NCBI GenBank assembly: GCA_964409875.1
Contig: CAYPEN010000003.1
Span: 128,557-192,556, forward strand
Length of the DNA stretch: 64,000 bases
Direction: 5' to 3'
DNA from: an uncultured Gammaproteobacteria bacterium
GTDB lineage: Bacteria; Patescibacteriota; Microgenomatia; Levybacterales; GWA1-39-11
Shown: positions 26,895-36,051 of the stretch, in pieces
How positions within the stretch are numbered: position 1 is the first letter of the stretch
Layout: every line of letters starts with the position of its first letter
The notes under the pieces: model-generated
Seen by the model: the letters and a program-made list of their open reading frames with translations, nothing else
What the model was told of the DNA's origin: nothing
Databases searched by the model: none
Translations under genes and position numbers: made by a program

Positions 26895-27902
26895 ATGAAT
26901 ACTTTTCCTTTAATAAAAATTAATAATTTAAATCTATGGCGTTTGCTTTTTTTGGAGTTAAGAAACATGTTTGCCATAAATAGTAATAAAAGTAAGCCTC
27001 TTTTACCGGAGGAGATTCTTGATTACAGATTAATAGAGGTAAAGAAAAATCGTTTGGATACCGATACTAATAGTTTGGGGGTTTATGAAAATCGCATTGG
27101 TCATAAGGCATTTGGGAAAATAATAGCGTTCAATTATCACAACACTGAATATTTCCGATTAAAAAATGAAATAAACTTTTACAATGTATATGCTTCACAC
27201 GCAAAAAGTAAGAATTTTAATAAAAAAAATTTAAATGTTCCCAAGTTAATATACTTTAAAGAGAGTAAAAACTCCCTTTTTGTATTATTGGAATATATTA
27301 GCGGTACATCGGCAAAGGATCTTGTAAATTTTGATAATGTTGCCGAATACATAAAAAATATTGACCTTCTTGTAAGTTTTGGCAAAAAATTCACTAAAAA
27401 GGAAAAGTCATTGTTTTCAAGTAGGAATATGCGTAGTTACCTAATGCTTTATCCGGGTTTATTTTTATCATCCTATTCTAAATACCCAAAAGCACGGATA
27501 GATCTACTTAGAGGGTTGGTGTTGCTGATTAGGAATTTTAACTTCATATTGAAACCTTCGAATTTAGTGCTTTCCCATAGAGATTTACATTTAGGAAATA
27601 TTATTTTTTGCAAAAAAAATACCTATCTTATCGACTTTGAACTAGTTGGTTATTCATTGCCTCTTTATGATTACCTTGTAGCATTGAAACAGGAATGGTC
27701 TAACGTAAAATTTAGAAAAAAACTGATAAAAAGCTTAGAACAACAAAACAATAAAAATGTTAATTTCGAAGATAATATTCGTACGCTAGGTATTTTTATT
27801 GCAACACATGGGTTAACAGATGCTAATAGTAGTGCAAACGAAAAAAGTAATATTCATGAATTTCTTAAATTTTTTCTTAATTATAAAGTCCATAAGGATT
27901 AG
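26895..27902 (+). CDS. aminoglycoside/choline-kinase-like phosphotransferase (protein-kinase fold)
   Basis: HRDLHLGN catalytic loop and a downstream IDFE (DFG-like) motif. Very AT-rich. Confidence 0.55.
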   Translation: MNTFPLIKINNLNLWRLLFLELRNMFAINSNKSKPLLPEEILDYRLIEVKKNRLDTDTNSLGVYENRIGHKAFGKIIAFNYHNTEYFRLKNEINFYNVYASHAKSKNFNKKNLNVPKLIYFKESKNSLFVLLEYISGTSAKDLVNFDNVAEYIKNIDLLVSFGKKFTKKEKSLFSSRNMRSYLMLYPGLFLSSYSKYPKARIDLLRGLVLLIRNFNFILKPSNLVLSHRDLHLGNIIFCKKNTYLIDFELVGYSLPLYDYLVALKQEWSNVKFRKKLIKSLEQQNNKNVNFEDNIRTLGIFIATHGLTDANSSANEKSNIHEFLKFFLNYKVHKD

Positions 27903-27906
27903 CAAT

Positions 27907-28704
27907 ATGAAAACTAAAACTTTCTTTTTAATAAGAACGGCTATTTTTAATTTTCTATATTATCTAACGAAAAGCGTTGATAGAAACTACAAATCTATAT
28001 TGTGTTTTCATAGTATTTCTAATAGCAATGACAGATATTCAATTTCTAAAGATATTTTTGAAAAAGAAATTATAAAAATAGCTAAAAACTCAAAATTTAT
28101 AAGTTTGGAACAAGCGTTAAGCCAAGAAAAATTGAGTAGCTCATCAGTAGCTATTACATTTGATGATGGGTATAGAGATATTTTAACAATATTGCCAATT
28201 CTTAAAAAGCACAATATTAAAGCGACAGCATTTGTTGTGTCTAATCCACAAAAAGTCTCAAGAGACGAACTAAAAAATGAAAATGCACTCCTATCTTTAG
28301 ACGAAATAAAACAGCTTTTGGAACACAAAATTGAAATAGGTTGTCACAGTGCAACACATAACGATTTAACTATATTAACTAAACGTGAGTTAGAAAAGGA
28401 AATTCTACAATCAAAAAAAGTTCTTGAAAAAAAACTTGGCGTAGAAGTGAAATACTTTGCCTACCCGAGAGGTAAATACAATAATAATGTGATACAAACG
28501 GTAAAAAGAGCAGGTTATAAGGCCGCTTTCTCCATAGATTCAGGGAATATATCTCCATCTAGCAATAAATGGATTTTACCGAGAACCATAATAGATAAAA
28601 CGCACAAACTTTCAGAATTTCCTTCCGTATATGCTCCCAGCACGATGTTTATTAGGAGATTAACAAATAACTTTGGTTTGTGGGAAAAATTCTTAGCAAT
28701 ATGA
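27907..28704 (+). CDS. polysaccharide deacetylase (CE4/NodB homology)
   Basis: ITFDDGYRD and CHSATH motifs. Confidence 0.65.
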   Translation: MKTKTFFLIRTAIFNFLYYLTKSVDRNYKSILCFHSISNSNDRYSISKDIFEKEIIKIAKNSKFISLEQALSQEKLSSSSVAITFDDGYRDILTILPILKKHNIKATAFVVSNPQKVSRDELKNENALLSLDEIKQLLEHKIEIGCHSATHNDLTILTKRELEKEILQSKKVLEKKLGVEVKYFAYPRGKYNNNVIQTVKRAGYKAAFSIDSGNISPSSNKWILPRTIIDKTHKLSEFPSVYAPSTMFIRRLTNNFGLWEKFLAI

Positions 28705-29615
28705 AAAACATTAGAAAAACAGTAACTGTAGGTATACCTGCTCATAACGAGCAAAACAATATTGCTCAATTACTAGAAGGTGTTTTGTCACAAAAAGGAA
28801 ATAGCTTTCTTTTGACAAAAGTAGTTGTTCTGTGCGATGGTTGTACGGATAAAACAGTAAGTATTGTATCAAAATATAAGAAAAAAAATAAAAAAATTGA
28901 ATTAAGAGATGATGGGTTGAGAGTCGGAAAAACAAGCAGATTGAATGAATTATTTACTAGTACCAATACAGATATTTGTATAACATTTGATGCAGACATT
29001 AAGCTAAATGATGTCAATGTGATAGAGGAATTGGTAAAGAAATTTAGAGATAAGAATATTGGATTAGTGGGAGGTTCTAATTTACCCTTGCCACCTAAAT
29101 CATTTTTTGAAAAAGTCGTCGTTGCATGGCTAATTTTATGGTATGAGGTGAGAAAAAACTACAATAATGGCAACACAATTCACAATCACTTAGGTTGCAT
29201 TACAGCTATGAGTAGGTCGTTATATAAAAAAACAATAATACCTTTAACAATATCTGCAGATGATGATTATCTTTACTTTAATGCACTTACTCAAAACTAT
29301 AAATTCGCTCATGCCGCCCATGCTAAGGTCTACTTTAGAAGTGCATCTACATTGAAAGACTTTTTCCTTCAACATTCAAGATTTTTAACTTTGAAGAATA
29401 ATATTCACTCACACTATGGGAACTGGGTTAATAATTATTATTACATCCCGATTGAAATTAAACTTAAGATTCTTATTAAGGAGTTCTTGAAAAACCCCTT
29501 CTACTTATCTCTTTCTGTTATATTGCAGCTTCTATTGCTCATCCATATTAAATTTACGAAATTTAATTACTCGAACGGGATGTGGAAGATTGCAATATCA
29601 TCAAAACAAATATGA
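28701..29615 (+). CDS. family-2 glycosyltransferase (paralog A)
   Basis: VTVGIPAHNEQNNI, DGCTDKT and FDADIKL. ATGA overlap with the upstream gene. Confidence 0.7.
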   Translation: MKNIRKTVTVGIPAHNEQNNIAQLLEGVLSQKGNSFLLTKVVVLCDGCTDKTVSIVSKYKKKNKKIELRDDGLRVGKTSRLNELFTSTNTDICITFDADIKLNDVNVIEELVKKFRDKNIGLVGGSNLPLPPKSFFEKVVVAWLILWYEVRKNYNNGNTIHNHLGCITAMSRSLYKKTIIPLTISADDDYLYFNALTQNYKFAHAAHAKVYFRSASTLKDFFLQHSRFLTLKNNIHSHYGNWVNNYYYIPIEIKLKILIKEFLKNPFYLSLSVILQLLLLIHIKFTKFNYSNGMWKIAISSKQI

Positions 29616-31114
29616 GTAACAAATTAAATAAAATTAAAAAGTACCGTGTTAGTAGTAATTTTATCGGTTACCTAATCCAAAACAACACAGCTTTAACTAT
29701 TTCGTTACTTGTTTTTTTTGTTTTAGTCGTTAGTTTGCTTGCCTCACCCTTAAAAAGCTTTTGGTCAGATGAAGTTTATAGTATAAATTTTTCAAGAACC
29801 CTAATACATACAGCAAAGTACAAAGATACAAATATGATGCTTTTTCATTTAATCCTTCATTATTGGATGCGGCTAGGAGAGAATGAGCTTGTATTAAGAA
29901 TATTGTCTACTGTTTTTGCATGTGCAACTATACCTTTCATCTATTTAATCGGTAAAAAACTTTTTAGCAAGGAAACTGGTTTGATTTCAGCAATCTTATT
30001 ATCAATAAATGTTTTTTTTATTGCTTATGCTCAAGAAGTAAGAAGTTATAGTCTGTTATTTTTGCTTTCAGCAATTTCAACTTATTACTTTGTACAAATA
30101 ATAAGTAAGCCCACCAAAAAACTTAATTACTTGTTTTATATTATTGCATCAGGATTATCTTTATATGCGCATTATTTTGCAATATTTCTAATCATCACTC
30201 ATTTCCTATATATTATTATTTTTAAAATTAGAAGCATAAAAATAAAATATTTATTTACAACTGGGATTTCTCTATTTCTTATTTGCATTCCTATTGTATT
30301 GATGTCGTCTTTAAATTCATCGCAAATAAATTGGCTTCCAAAACCCGGGCTAAAAAACGTTATTGGATTGCCATTTGTGCTTTCTGGTGATTTTCCTCCA
30401 ATTTTTATTAGTTACGGATTAATTGTATTTTATTTGATTTTCAAAACCATAGGAGGAATAAAAAAATCATCAATTAATAATGAGAAGATAATTAAGTATT
30501 TGTTGATTATATTTTTACTAGCAATACCACCTTTAATCACATTTTCTATTTCATTTTTCATAAAGCCAATAGTAACCTCTAAATACTTAATATTTTGTCT
30601 TTTACCTCTACTAATTCTAATCGGAAGTGGTATTGCCCAAATAAAATACAAAAAAATTAAATTTTTTGTTATGGTGATGCTAATTCTATTGGCCTTCATA
30701 CGTTTAGTAGCTTGGTTTAAGGATAGTAATTCAATCTACTGGGGATTATCTAACAAGAAGGATGATTGGAAGCAAATTGTTAAATTCACAAAGATGAATG
30801 CCGAAAACAGAGATGGAGTCACTTTTCTAACTTATTATTATGAAGAACCATTTCAATTTTATAACAAGAATACATCCAACCCTCTTAAGATATCAGAAAA
30901 AACAAACTATGCTTCTGATAAAAGCTTGCTATATATACCCAACACAAACTCATTGGTTGTAGCAGATTTTAGCTCTAGTAAAAAAATAGTATGGTTAATT
31001 GCTGATAATAATAGTCTGCCGATTTTGAGATATGTTGAAGGATTTGACTCTTATGCTCTAAATAGAACCTATAGCTTTGAAAGAGTTCAAGTTTTTAAAT
31101 TCGTAAAAAAATGA
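29612..31114 (+). CDS. GT-C fold membrane glycosyltransferase (ArnT/PMT-like)
   Basis: Eleven or more TM helices, with WSDEVYS (a DE-motif) in the first extracytoplasmic loop. Confidence 0.55.
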   Translation: MSNKLNKIKKYRVSSNFIGYLIQNNTALTISLLVFFVLVVSLLASPLKSFWSDEVYSINFSRTLIHTAKYKDTNMMLFHLILHYWMRLGENELVLRILSTVFACATIPFIYLIGKKLFSKETGLISAILLSINVFFIAYAQEVRSYSLLFLLSAISTYYFVQIISKPTKKLNYLFYIIASGLSLYAHYFAIFLIITHFLYIIIFKIRSIKIKYLFTTGISLFLICIPIVLMSSLNSSQINWLPKPGLKNVIGLPFVLSGDFPPIFISYGLIVFYLIFKTIGGIKKSSINNEKIIKYLLIIFLLAIPPLITFSISFFIKPIVTSKYLIFCLLPLLILIGSGIAQIKYKKIKFFVMVMLILLAFIRLVAWFKDSNSIYWGLSNKKDDWKQIVKFTKMNAENRDGVTFLTYYYEEPFQFYNKNTSNPLKISEKTNYASDKSLLYIPNTNSLVVADFSSSKKIVWLIADNNSLPILRYVEGFDSYALNRTYSFERVQVFKFVKK

Positions 31115-32030
31115 TTAAGAAATACACTGTCACAATAGCTTTAAGCGCTTACAACGAAGAGAATAATATTAAAAGTCTTTTAGAATCTGTTTTAGCGCAA
31201 AAAGAAACAAACTTTACAATAAAATCGATCTGGATTTTCTCGGATGGATCAAGGGATAATACTGCAAAGAAGGTAAAACAAATCAATGATAACAGAATAA
31301 AATTATTCAATTATAAAAGCCGTATGGGAAATCTGCTCGTTTAAATCAATTATATAGGATGTTATCTACTGATTTTCTTGTACAGACTGATGCAGATGTA
31401 GTATTTTCGCATAAATATGTCGTTAGAGATATTATTCAACCTTTAATTAATGAACGCGATGTAATGATGTGCGGTGGCAATCCTCACCCTATGCCTGCAC
31501 TAACATTTATAGAGAAATCAGTAAATTTTACTGTAAATGCATATATCCCATTACGCAAACTTTACAATGGTGGAGATAACATTTTTTCTGTTGATGGACG
31601 CCTACTTGCATATAAAAAAGAACTCGTAAAAAGAATTTTTATTCCAGAGGCGGAGGTTACAGCGAATGATGCATTTACGTACTTTTGCTGCCTTACTTTT
31701 GGCTATAAATATAAGTTTGTAGAAAGTGCAAAAGTATTTTTTAGGTCCCCACAGACTTTGAAAGATCATATAAAACAAAATACACGTTTTATGGCTATGC
31801 CAATAAAAATGAGCAAGTATTTCGACCCAACCCTCGTATTAAATGCAAAAAAAGTATCCAAAAAATTGTACTTAAAATTATTCATTAAAGCTTTTTTAAA
31901 AAATCCTATACATTGTTTTGCGATATTTTTAATAAATCTTTACATCAGACTAATATTCAAAAGTAGAGAAAAGCATCTGAAAGCTAAATGGCAAATAGCA
32001 AACACAACAAAGCTATTAAATTCCGTATGA
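31111..32030 (+). pseudogene. family-2 glycosyltransferase (paralog B) disrupted by a -1 frameshift near 31335
   Basis: ORFs 31111-31344 and 31359-32030 are the N and C halves of one GT2. A +1 shift after 'RMG' restores KSARLNQLYRMLSTDFLVQTDADV, which is collinear with the paralogs (RVGKTSRLNELF...FDADI). The break lies in an A-run (gggaaatct). Confidence 0.6.
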
Positions 32031-32932
32031 AAAATAACATAACTTTATCAATCGGCATACCAGTTCTTAATGAAGAGAAAAATATTTCAAATATTATTGA
32101 AGATATTTTTCAACAGGATTTAAGAACAGTTTCACTAGCAGAAATAATAGTTATTTCGGATGCAAGTTCCGATAGCACAGAACAAATAGTTGGGCGTTTT
32201 AAAAAGCCCGAAATTAAACTATATCGCAATGAAGAAAGAATCGGTAAGGCATTAACGCAAAATATAATAGCAAGGAAGGCAGCAGGAGATTTGTTGGTAC
32301 TGTTAGACGCTGATATTAGGATCAGAGACAAGAAATTTCTAGAAAAGTTAATAAAGCCTATAATGAATGACAAGCTAGTAGGTATAACCTCACCCAAAAT
32401 TTTACCGATAAAATCGGATACTTTTATTGGAGATGTTTTAGATTACAGTGTGAGAATAAAAAATAAAATTTACGAAAGTTATGATCATGGAAATAACATT
32501 TATTCATGTCATGGACGTGCTCGTGCGTTTTCCAAGAGATTATATAAAAAAATTAAATGGCCTAAAATATCTTCAGAGGACTCGTTTAGTTATTTGTATG
32601 CAATAAGCAATAAATTTAAATTCTGTTTGGTACCTGCAACTGAAATTTATTATAAATCTCCTCAAAACTATTTAGACCATTTGAGCCAAAGTCGACGATT
32701 TTTTGAAAGTGAGAAGGAGTTAGAAATGTATTTTCCAAAAAAAAAGCTACAAAAAGCCTTCAAGTTACCTTTTGTATTAACATTAAGGACAATTTGCCTC
32801 TACTTCCTATTTAATCCAATTTACTTTCTAATATATTTAATAGTATTAATTCGTGTGAAATTAAATAATAATGAATATGGGGTACTTTGGGTAATGTCAC
32901 AATCCTCGAAGGAGAGTATTGAACTAAAATAA
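32027..32932 (+). CDS. family-2 glycosyltransferase (paralog C)
   Basis: LSIGIPVLNEEKNI, SDASSDST and LDADIRI. ATGA overlap. Confidence 0.7.
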   Translation: MKNNITLSIGIPVLNEEKNISNIIEDIFQQDLRTVSLAEIIVISDASSDSTEQIVGRFKKPEIKLYRNEERIGKALTQNIIARKAAGDLLVLLDADIRIRDKKFLEKLIKPIMNDKLVGITSPKILPIKSDTFIGDVLDYSVRIKNKIYESYDHGNNIYSCHGRARAFSKRLYKKIKWPKISSEDSFSYLYAISNKFKFCLVPATEIYYKSPQNYLDHLSQSRRFFESEKELEMYFPKKKLQKAFKLPFVLTLRTICLYFLFNPIYFLIYLIVLIRVKLNNNEYGVLWVMSQSSKESIELK

Positions 32933-32933
32933 T

Positions 32934-34448
32934 ATGAAAAAGAATTTATTAAAAATTATTTTTATTAGCCTTATTGGTATTTTATTACTAACATTACTTT
33001 CTGTCGGTATAAAGGGACAGGCAAATAAACCGTACTATTATCAAGACTCCAAAAATAAGGAAGTAGGGGGTCCATTTGAAGCATCAAATAGCACGTCACG
33101 GTACGCATTGGTTGAATCGTTGGTAAATAATCATACCTTCCTTTTTGATGCAAAACAAACCTCCTTTTCTGCACCTGATGTTGTTATTTATAAAGGCAAG
33201 GCGTTTTCCATATTTACACCAGGTGTTTCATTTATTGCTGCTCCCTTTTATTTTTTAGGAAAGTTCATAGGAATTCCACAAATAGCCGCCTATTTTTCTA
33301 CAGTTGTTTTCGCCTTAATTAATGCTGCTCTAGTGTATTCAATTGCGCGAAGGCTTCAGGCGTCACGAATAGCATCTGTCTTTTCATCGGGTATTTTCCT
33401 TTTTGCAACCAACGCGCTTCCATATGCTTTTAGCCTTACACAACATCACTTTAGTCTAACCGTCATTTTACTTTCGTTGTTAAATGCTACCGAAAAAAGA
33501 ACTTGGATGAATGACATATTGTTCGGTATATACACAGGCGCTGCGTTACTTTTTGATATCCCAAATATTTTTCTCATTTTCCCAATTGGACTGTATGTAC
33601 TTTTCAGACACTTCAATGTGGAGAACATGTCTTCTAAATTAAAGTTGTCGGTAAAGCCTGTAATGCTTGCGATAATAGCAGGGATAATCCCTTTTGTTTT
33701 ACTTTTCTCAGTCTATAACCATGAGCTAACAGGTTCCTACACAAAAATTGGGCAAACAATAGGAAGAGCTGACTTTACGAATACAAAGGTAGTGCACGAG
33801 TCTCCAAAAAGCGTTTATGATAAAAAACTCCCGTTCAACACGAGAAATGAGATACAGGGGTTATACACGCTTCTTATTAGCAATGAAAGAAGTTGGTTGT
33901 GGTATTCACCTATTCTTCTGGTTGGTCTCGTGGGGGCTTATATCGGCTACAAGAAATCTGAAAAACGGACACTTACCATATTGCTTATTTCCCTTATAGT
34001 TACGAATATTATCATTTATTCAATGTTCGGAGACCCGTGGGGAGGGTGGGCATTCGGGCCGAGATATTTAATTCCGGGAGATGCCGCTCTTTCTATTCTT
34101 ATAGCGCTTGCAATTGATACATATCGCCGGCATCTGTTATTTAATAGCATCGTCCTTGTTCTTGTGTTTTATAGCATTTACATCAATGTATTGGGGATGA
34201 TGACAACAACAAGTATTCCTCCAAAACAAGAAGCCGAAGCACTCACAAAACCCATTCCATATACGTATCAGTACAATCAGAACCTGTCGGGGACAAATAA
34301 TTCAAAGTCTTACTTATATACTACGTATTTGCGAGACATTGTTGAACTTAATTCTTTCATAATTATTTACTCCTCTTTGGTGTTTTTGATACTTGCCTTA
34401 CCATATATGCGTTTTTGGTGGAAAGAAAAGGAGAAATTATGGATTTAA
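32934..34448 (+). CDS. polytopic membrane protein, probable GT-C glycosyltransferase
   Basis: Twelve or more TM helices. The first loop, TSRYALVES, resembles the Asp/Glu-x-x-Arg-Tyr loop of ArnT-like enzymes. Confidence 0.45.
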   Translation: MKKNLLKIIFISLIGILLLTLLSVGIKGQANKPYYYQDSKNKEVGGPFEASNSTSRYALVESLVNNHTFLFDAKQTSFSAPDVVIYKGKAFSIFTPGVSFIAAPFYFLGKFIGIPQIAAYFSTVVFALINAALVYSIARRLQASRIASVFSSGIFLFATNALPYAFSLTQHHFSLTVILLSLLNATEKRTWMNDILFGIYTGAALLFDIPNIFLIFPIGLYVLFRHFNVENMSSKLKLSVKPVMLAIIAGIIPFVLLFSVYNHELTGSYTKIGQTIGRADFTNTKVVHESPKSVYDKKLPFNTRNEIQGLYTLLISNERSWLWYSPILLVGLVGAYIGYKKSEKRTLTILLISLIVTNIIIYSMFGDPWGGWAFGPRYLIPGDAALSILIALAIDTYRRHLLFNSIVLVLVFYSIYINVLGMMTTTSIPPKQEAEALTKPIPYTYQYNQNLSGTNNSKSYLYTTYLRDIVELNSFIIIYSSLVFLILALPYMRFWWKEKEKLWI

Positions 34449-36049
34449 ATATAACGCTTCGTAAAAATTGGTTTTCTAGGCTTTCAAATTTTTTTTCCAA
34501 AAATGCGGTTTTGATTCTTATTATTATTCTTTCTGCAATTTCGGTTGCCAATTTTATCTATTATCTTAATAACCACCTGGGGCTTTCGTATAACGATGCA
34601 CGGTCCCACTTAGATATCGGAAGGAGAGTCGTTGAAGGGCTAAAGCCCGGGCTTGCGCAGCTTGGGTCCGTATGGCTTCCGTTGCCGCATTTGCTGATGG
34701 TCGCAACCATTTGGAATGACTTCATGTGGCATACTGGCCTTGCAGGAGCGATAGAGTCTATGGTTTCATTTGTTGCAACGGGGGTTTTGGTCTATCTATT
34801 TTTGAAAAATTTAGGAGTAGGGATGCTGGGCAGGCTTATTGGTGTTTTTGCATTTGTTGCTAATATTAACGTTTTGTATCTGCAGTCAACCGCCATGACA
34901 GAATTGCTGCTTCTTGCCACCATGACTGCCGGGGTATACGAGCTTTTTATGTGGCAGAAAGAGGGAAAACTCCTTCACCTTATATACTCGGCATTTTGGA
35001 TAATGCTTGCAACTCTCAATCGCTATGACGGGTGGTTTCTCTTTTTATGGGCTGCTGCAACCATAATTGTTCTTGCTTTCAGAAAAAAAGGCTTCAAGGT
35101 AGCTGAGGGGACATTTTTGTTTTTTATTACCTTAGGAGGCTTTGGTATTGCGTTGTGGTTCTTGTGGAATCTTCTTATTTTTAAAGACCCCCTGTATTTT
35201 GCATTCGGTCCGTATTCGGCCCATGCACAGCAACAACAACTCAAAGAAGCAGGGGTTTTGGCTACTAACCGCAACTTGCTGTTGTCGATTAAAGTGTACT
35301 TGTATGCGCTTGCCTATAACAGCTATACGGTGCCACTAATCTTAGGAACTCTCGGGGCTTTTGCGTTTTGGTTTGACACTAGAGTAAAAGGTAATATAAA
35401 GATTGCTACGTCATCACTTATTGCGCCATTAGTATTTAATATTCTTGCTTTGTTCTTAGGCTTTTCGGTGCTTTTTGTACAAGGGATTTCGGGTAACACA
35501 TGGTTTAATGTGCGGTATGGGATTATGATGGCACCCTCAATTGCTATTTTTATAGGGTTCTTGGTTGACCGGTTCAAAAATTTCAGGTGGTTATTTATTG
35601 TCCTTCTATTATTTATCACGTTCTTTGCATTTGCCAATAACGACGCGGTGACAATTGATGATGCCAGGGTTGGGTCTTCCCAAAAAAATGTTTCTGAAGT
35701 ATCGGGCTGGCTCAACAAGAACGCAAAAGACAAAGAAGGGTTTGTGCTTATTTCCGCTGCTTCGCATGACGCTATCATCTTTTCATCAGGACTTCCCATG
35801 AGTAAATTCATACATGAAGGAACCGGTACGTATTGGTTATCCGCAACATCTGCACCTGACAGGTGGGCCCGGTGGATAATTATGCGTACGAATGACTTAA
35901 ATGACCAGACATTCAAAGCTGTACATACAACTGCCGGGTACAAAAAATACAATTTGGTGGGTCACTATCCTTTTGCCGATATTTATGAATTAAAACCCGA
36001 GTATCTCAAAACCCTCAACACAAAGCCGACATTGGGCAAACAAAAATAG
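34439..36049 (+). CDS. polytopic membrane protein, probable GT-C glycosyltransferase
   Basis: RBS AAAGGAG lies 6 nt upstream. Has an NDARSHLDIGRR loop after TM1 and many TM helices. Confidence 0.45.
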   Translation: MDLNITLRKNWFSRLSNFFSKNAVLILIIILSAISVANFIYYLNNHLGLSYNDARSHLDIGRRVVEGLKPGLAQLGSVWLPLPHLLMVATIWNDFMWHTGLAGAIESMVSFVATGVLVYLFLKNLGVGMLGRLIGVFAFVANINVLYLQSTAMTELLLLATMTAGVYELFMWQKEGKLLHLIYSAFWIMLATLNRYDGWFLFLWAAATIIVLAFRKKGFKVAEGTFLFFITLGGFGIALWFLWNLLIFKDPLYFAFGPYSAHAQQQQLKEAGVLATNRNLLLSIKVYLYALAYNSYTVPLILGTLGAFAFWFDTRVKGNIKIATSSLIAPLVFNILALFLGFSVLFVQGISGNTWFNVRYGIMMAPSIAIFIGFLVDRFKNFRWLFIVLLLFITFFAFANNDAVTIDDARVGSSQKNVSEVSGWLNKNAKDKEGFVLISAASHDAIIFSSGLPMSKFIHEGTGTYWLSATSAPDRWARWIIMRTNDLNDQTFKAVHTTAGYKKYNLVGHYPFADIYELKPEYLKTLNTKPTLGKQK

Positions 36050-36051
36050 CT

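Noticed and set aside
31111-32030. Two separate small genes (77 aa and 223 aa)
   Set aside because: They are the collinear halves of a GT2 whose paralogs are intact. Merged as a frameshifted gene.
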